Of a DNA stretch of 50,939 nucleotides, positions 44,441 to 50,939 are shown in pieces (within the stretch, counting starts at the first letter, position 1; each line of letters starts with the position of its first letter). Origin of the DNA: Nemertoderma westbladi (lineage: Eukaryota > Animalia > Xenacoelomorpha); assembly GCA_032718475.1 (NCBI GenBank), contig JAUCBJ010001190.1:1-50939 (forward strand). Direction: 5' to 3'. A program made the translations under genes and the position numbers. The notes under the pieces were generated by a model. It searched no databases, was not told where the DNA came from, and saw nothing but the letters and a program-made list of their open reading frames with translations.

Positions 44441-47085
44441 TAGATAGATAGATAGATTTATTTATACATTATGTAAAAAACAATAACAAATACACCAAAC
44501 AATGTACCGGTATAAAGGTATTGTCCAACATAACATATAGGATTACCCCTAAAGCTTTGCAGCTTATTTCCAAGGGCGTCCTTTATGTTACTTGGTTACA
44601 AATACAATATTACACTACGCTAACCTAAAACCAATATAAAACGTAATTACACTATGTACATGTACAACTTTACCGAGAGCGTGACAATGCCCGACTCAAC
44701 GATAAAGATGTAATGTACAGAACAATTTATTATAAAACGTAATTACAGTATAAATAGTAAATAATTAATAAACTAATAACTTACTGTAGGACTATTGTAC
44801 CTATTTTTACATTGCACACGGAGGTGAGATTTAACTGCAGATTTAAAAGAATGTTGATTATTTAGGTTTTTAATTTCATTAGGCAGAGCGTTCCAATTTT
44901 TTATGCCGTTAAAAAAGAAAGTATCAGATTCAAAGGATTTACAATTCGGGAGGTAGAAGTTTGAAGCACTAGCTCTGGTACTGTAAGAGTGTGTATCGCG
45001 TACTCTGTTGAATTTTTGTTTTAGGTAATTGGGACATTTACCATTATACACTTTATGCACATGGTTAAGGCGTAGCTGCTTAACTCTACTATCTAAGTTA
45101 AGTAGTCCAGATTCAGAAAAGTCATCTGGAGTTAGGTGGTGCCTAGGTTTGTAGTCTTTAATAAATCGTACTACTTTATTCTGAGCTACTTGTAATTTAC
45201 ATTTAAGCTGTTTGGTTAAGCCTTCATACCAAGAAGAGCACGCATAGTCCATGTGACACTGTATTAAAGAAGAGCAAAGTAACTTGCGGGAGTCGGTGTT
45301 TAAACTATTTTTATTTCTGTATAGAAACCTAAGCCTACTGTTAACTTTCGAGAAAATATTTTTCACTGTACTTTCTCCTGATAAGCAGTTATCAAATGTG
45401 GCGCCTAAATATTTAACTTCCTTTTTATTTTCAATCTTATGTCCATTACTAGTGACTTCAAACTTAGTTACCTTCTTTAACTTTCTTTTGGAACCAAACA
45501 AAATACTTTCAGTTTTACCGTAGTGAATGGATAGCTTATTATCAACCAACCACTCATTACAGGATTCTAGAACTGCACTTAACTTTTGGGAAATATGGAT
45601 AGGATCTTTATGAGAGAAAATAAGAGCACTGTCGTCGGCATATAAAATGAGTTTAAAATCGGGATCTATACTACTTATCATATCATTTACATAGCATACA
45701 AAAAGCAGAGGACCTAATATACTACCTTGCGGTACACCACAGGTAATCTCTTGTACAGTAGACAGCGATTTGCTAATGACTACAGTTTGACCTCTGTCTG
45801 ACAGGTAGGACTTGAACCAGTCTATAGAACCTACACCCATCAGGCCTAACTTACCAAGCAGAATTTCGTGATCTACAGTATCGAAAGCCTTTTGTAGGTC
45901 CAACATTACCATACCAGTATATAAACCCTTTGCGTTATTACATCTAATTGTATCAGTTAAGTTAATAAGGCAGGTGTCTGTAGAATATGATTTACGAAAA
46001 CCGGACTGAAGTTCATAGATCAGATTTAGCCTACTAAGATGTGCCTCCAGCTGTAGAAAAACAGAACGTTCTAGAATTTTAGATACAATACTTAAGATAC
46101 TAACAGGTCTGTAATTACAGGGTTCTACTTTACTATTCTTTTTATACAGAGGAACAACCTTAGCTAATTTCAGTTCGTCTGGTACTACATTATCTACGAT
46201 AGAGTAATTAATAATAAAAGTAATAGGCACTTTAAGTACTTCAGCACCATCCTTAAGAAAACGGGCAGGTATTAGGTCTAGACCGGTACTTTTTGAGGGT
46301 GATAGGCTAAGTAGATTTTTAAAAACGAAATCCTCAGAAACGGGTTTTAAAAATAACTTTTCTGAATTTTGTAACTTTTCTAAATAAAAATTATTTAGAG
46401 TTTCGGACCCTATACTATATTTATTACTTGATAACGGTAATTTCTTAACTAAATTAGAGGCAACATTAGTAAAATAATTATTAAATAAATTACTAACTAG
46501 AGTATGATCATGAATCAGCTCACCGTTATCTTGCAGAACAATATTCGATTTAGATTTAAGGTTTTTATAACCTAAAGATTTTAGGGTAGACCATAGACTT
46601 TTTGGATTATCTTTATTCTCACTTATTTTGTTGTACAAATATTCAGATTTAGCTTTTTTTTATTTCCCGTTGGACAAGGTTTCTATATTTGCAGTAATTA
46701 TTATAATCAGCTAAAACACGGTATTTCCTAAATTTATACAAATAGTTATCTCTTTCTCTGATATTACTAAGAATACCCGAGGTCATCCAGGGCTCAGTGC
46801 GTTGTTTAAGACTAATTTCTTTAATTGGTGCTACAGTATTAAGTGCCTTTAAAAATATATCTTTAAAAACAGTGTACGCAAGGTTAATGTCAGCGGCCTT
46901 AAAACAGGGTTCCCAGTCAGAATTAACTAACAAACTTAAAAAGCGTTCCTTGCTGTAATTTTTCATAGACCTAACTGTTACTGTTTTATGATCCCCGAAA
47001 AAAGATTTTTGTGTCTTTCTTGTGCAAAAAACTATAAAATGATCGCTTAGACCTATAGGTAAAACCCCAGATTGAGTACATGGCA
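44441..47085 (-). mobile_element. 5'-truncated L2/Crack/CR1-group LINE
   Basis: End of APE (GLSDHFIVF), a frameshift near 46640, then a 621-aa RT frame at 44773-46638 ([32 protein letters not shown]); 3'UTR stem-loop, AATAAA and (TCTA)n tail. Confidence 0.92.
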
Positions 47086-47323
47086 ACAACGTAGTTTTAT
47101 TCCAAAATTGTAACATTACGAAACGGCTACTGAAGAAAATCTGAGTATGAAACTTTTGATATTAAAAAAAGAGCATAATTGTTGTTGGAATTCATCATGT
47201 AAGATTAGCTCACCCCCCCCCCCCCCCCCCCCCCCCCAAACAGTAGTTAATGTAATTACGGTTTGCTGTTGCCTTCACCAGTTCATTTTGCTAATTGGTC
47301 TAGCTAGTATTTACATTTATTTA

Positions 47324-50300
47324 GGGTAGGTGTAAAACGCGGATCCGGATCCGGATCCGGATTCAGGATCCGGATACGGATCAGGACCCGGATTTGAGAG
47401 TGTAAAAGGCGGATCCGGATTTACATACAATCCGTAACTGAGTGTAATATGCGGATTCTGAAATACGCAATCCGTATTGCAGTGTAAAACGCGGATTCAT
47501 ATATTTTGTGAATCCGGAATGGAGTGTAAAACACGGATTTACGTTAATTACCAAGTTTTAATGGATCCGGAATGGAGTGTAAAACACGGATTTTCGTTAA
47601 TTACCAAGTTTTGTTGGATCCGGAACGGAGTGTAAAATACGGATTTTCGTTAATTACCAAGTTTTATTGGATCCGGAATGGAGTGTAAAACACGGATTTA
47701 CGTTAATTACCAAGCTTTATTGGATCCGGAATGGAGTGTAAAACACGGATTTTCGTTAATTACCAAGTTTTGTTGGATCCGGAACGGAGTGTAAAATACG
47801 GATTTAAGTTAATTACCAAGTTTTATTGGATCCGGAATGGAGTGTAAAACACGGATTTACGTTAATTACCAAGTTTTGTTGGATCCGGAACGGAGTGTAA
47901 AATACGGATTTTCGCTAATTACCAAGTTTTATTGGATCCGGAATGGAGTGTAAAATACGGATTTACGTTAATTACCAAGTTTTATTGGATCCGGAATGGA
48001 GTGTAAAACACGGATTTACGTTAATTACCAAGCTTTATTGGATCCGGAATGGAGTGTAAAACACGGATTTTCGTTAATTACCAAGTTTTGTTGGATCCGG
48101 AACGGAGTGTAAAATACGGATTTAAGTTAATTACCAAGTTTTATTGGATCCGGAATGGAGTGTAAAACACGGATTTACGTTAATTACCAAGTTTTGTTGG
48201 ATCCGGAACGGAGTGTAAAATACGGATTTTCGCTAATTACCAAGTTTTATTGGATCCGGAATGGAGTGTAAAATACGGATTTACGTTAATTACCAAGTTT
48301 TATTGGATCCGGAATGGAGTGTAAAACACGGATTTTCGTTAATTACCAAGTTTTGTTGGATCCGGAACGGAGTGTAAAATACGGATTTTCGTTAATTACC
48401 AAGTTTTATTGGATCCGGAATGGAGTGTAAAACACGGATTTTCGTTAATTACCAAGTTTTGTTGGATCCGGAACGGGGTGTAAAACGCGGATTCAATTTA
48501 TTTACCAAGTGTTACTGGATCCGGGAAGGGGTGTAAAACGCGGATTGATTCAGGTTTATTACAAAGTGTTACTGGATCCGGGAAGGGGTGTAAAATGCGG
48601 ATTTACGTTAATTACTGAGTTTGTTAATGAGGGACACAACTATTAATGAGGGACACATATTAAAGAGGGACACAAACATTAATGGGGGACACCGTAATAG
48701 TTAATAGACACCTTAATAATTTGTCTATGTCTAGGGGCCACACATATGCTTAATCCGGCTCTGGGGGACACCTTAATAGGGGTCAATGCTTCCCAATGAA
48801 TTATTAATAAGGGGCGATGGTGATGCTGGCCGTCAGACATTATTAGATATTGATTAGCTGAAAAACTACTACTGTGGGAACGTGACCTCTCTGGTAGAGC
48901 GGCTCTGTAGACAACAGAGCCAATACAACGATATGTGTCCCACATTAATGTTTGAGTCCTGGCCGCCGCTATGGGCTTCCGTACCCCTTATACTAGAGAC
49001 AACACAACCATATATATTAGTATTACCTTTTATGTCCTGTTCTGTTCCCTGATTGGCTTATCCATCCCAACCTCCCTTACAAACAAGAATCACTGTTCTG
49101 CCTAGCTGGCGGTAGTTTGTACTGCATCATAGCGTCTTCTATTTAAGGCCTTGCAAGCGTGCTGCCTTCCTAATTAATGGAGGCTGAACTGTTCAGTATA
49201 ATTTCTTATTTAATTTCTTATTAAACATGGATGACAGTGATGACTTTGTAAAGGTTCCATTTACGGGATTCGTTATTCCGAGTCCAACCAATGAAACAGC
49301 CATTGTTGAGCCGCTTGAACTCACTACCCAAACATCGTGCACCCCGAGTCCGGAGAAGAAAAAAACCAGGAAAGTCCGCAAGCCAAGAAAAGTTACTAAA
49401 GAACAATAAACATTGTACTAATTAATAATTGTAACTAGATGAGGGTCTGGGTCTTTATTGCATATGCGTTTTACAAATTGTTCATTAAAACTTACTAATT
49501 TCACTTGAATCCGCGTTTTACACCCCTTCCCGGATCCAATAAAACTTGGTAATTAACGTAAATCCGTGTTTTACACTCCATCCCGGATCCAACAAAACTT
49601 GGTAATTAACGTAAATCCGTGTTTTACACTCCATTCCGGATCCAATAAAACTTGGTAATTAACGTAAATCCGTGTTTTACACTCCATTCCGGATCAAATA
49701 AAACTTGGTAATTGACGTAAATCCGTGTTTTACACTCCATTCCGGATCCAACAAAACTTGGTAATTAACGTAAATCCGTGTTTTACACTCCATTCCGGAT
49801 CCAATAAAACTTGGTAATTAATGTAAATCCGTGTTTTACACTCCATTCCGGATCCAACAAAACTTGGTAATTAACGTAAATCCGTGTTTTACACTCCATT
49901 CCGGATCCAACAAAACTTGGTAATTACGTAAATCCGTGTTTTACACTCCGTTCCGGATCCAATAAAACTTGGTAATTAATGTAAACCCGTGTTTTACACC
50001 CCTTCTCGGATCCAATAAACTAGGTAATTAACGTAAATCCGCGTTATACACCCCTTCTCGGATCCAATAAAACTTTGTAATTAACTAGAATCCGCGTTTT
50101 ACACCCCTTCCCGGATCCAATAAAACTTGGTAATTAACGTAAATCCGTGTTTTACACTCCATCCCGGATCCATTAAAACTTGGTAATTAACGTAAATCCG
50201 TGTTTTACACTCCATTCCGGATCCAACAAAACTTGGTAATTAACGTAAATCCGTGTTTTACACTCCATTCCGGATCCAATAAAACTTGGTAATTAACGTA

Positions 50301-50939
50301 AATCCGTGTTTTACACTCCATTCCGGATCAAATAAAACTTGGTAATTGACGTAAATCCGTGTTTTACACTCCATTCCGGATCCAACAAAACTTGGTAATT
50401 AACGTAAATCCGTGTTTTACACTCCATTCCGGATCCAATAAAACTTGGTAATTAACGTAAATCCGTGTTTTACACTCCATTCCGGATCCAATAAAACTTG
50501 GTAATTAACGTAAATCCGTGTTTTACACTCCATTCCGGATCCAACAAAACTTGGTAATTAACGTAAATCCGTGTTTTACACTCCATTCCGGATCCAACAA
50601 AACTTGGTAATTAACGTAAATCCGTGTTTTACACTCCATTCCGGATCCAATAAAACTTGGTAATTAACGTAAATCCGTGTTTTACACTCCATTCCGGATC
50701 CAACAAAACTTGGTAATTAACGTAAATCCGTGTTTTACACTCCATTCCGGATCCAACAAAACTTGGTAATTAACGTAAATCCGTGTTTTACACTCCATTC
50801 CGGATCCAATAAAACTTGGTAATTAACGTAAATCCGTGTTTTACACTCCATTCCGGATCCAATAAAACTTGGTAATTAACGTAAATCCGTGTTTTACACT
50901 CCATTCCGGATCCAACAAAACTTGGTAATTAACGTAAAT
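47324..50939. mobile_element. Foldback-type element: inverted arrays of a 53-bp unit around a ~0.9-kb core; right end outside window
   Basis: Left array ~47510-48620 (GGATCCGGAATGGAGTGTAAAACACGGATTTACGTTAATTACCAAGTTTTATT), right array ~49507-50939 is its reverse complement. The left terminus is TTA|GGGTAGGTGTAAAACGCGGATCCGG. Confidence 0.85.
49227..49409 (+). CDS. Possible 60-aa micro-ORF with a basic C-terminus in the foldback core
   Basis: AAACATGG start context, upstream ATTGG (49052) and TATTTAA (49140), AATAAA overlapping the stop, and KKKTRKVRKPRK. Confidence 0.35.
   Translation: MDDSDDFVKVPFTGFVIPSPTNETAIVEPLELTTQTSCTPSPEKKKTRKVRKPRKVTKEQ

Noticed and set aside
47096-47123. Match to 42383-42410 as a target-site duplication
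   Set aside because: It corresponds to the 3' terminus of the CR1 family at 42371, so it is more likely a tiny truncated copy than a TSD.

Overview
AT-rich animal (invertebrate-like) genomic DNA, dense in transposon debris. The backbone is a + strand spliced gene for the SAGA deubiquitinase USP22/Nonstop: nine GT-AG exons from 5525 to 28385 give 481 in-frame codons, and the His-box exons are not in the window. The presumed ninth intron (28386 to the window end) holds an intact antisense five-exon gene for a 527-aa type I membrane protein with two Ig-like domains (41352-34507), plus the last exon of a paralogue (44265-44214). The most striking system is a 411/412-bp tandem monomer that joins a tRNA-like Pol III promoter (A/B boxes) to a minimal type I hammerhead ribozyme with a palindromic stem III, i.e. 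a retrozyme-like element. It occurs as two dimeric arrays (14539-15349, 36969-37907). Both sit at the same 12-bp target (ATCCAGAGATTT) of an RTE-like LINE but have different junctions, and both are sense to their host introns. A second theme is repeats grown from gene signals: a 7.6-kb 16-bp satellite made of the USP22 exon 5 splice donor, tandem copies of the exon 8 end plus donor, a triplicated exon 4 acceptor, and a 5.6-kb satellite expanded from a 3'-flank motif that is single-copy in the paralogue. Also present: an RFX X-box cluster, RTE/CR1/L2/CRE fragments, hAT, piggyBac, Tc1 and Harbinger-type MITEs, a Merlin-type transposon, and a foldback element with a possible mini-gene. All calls are by eye; no searches were run.
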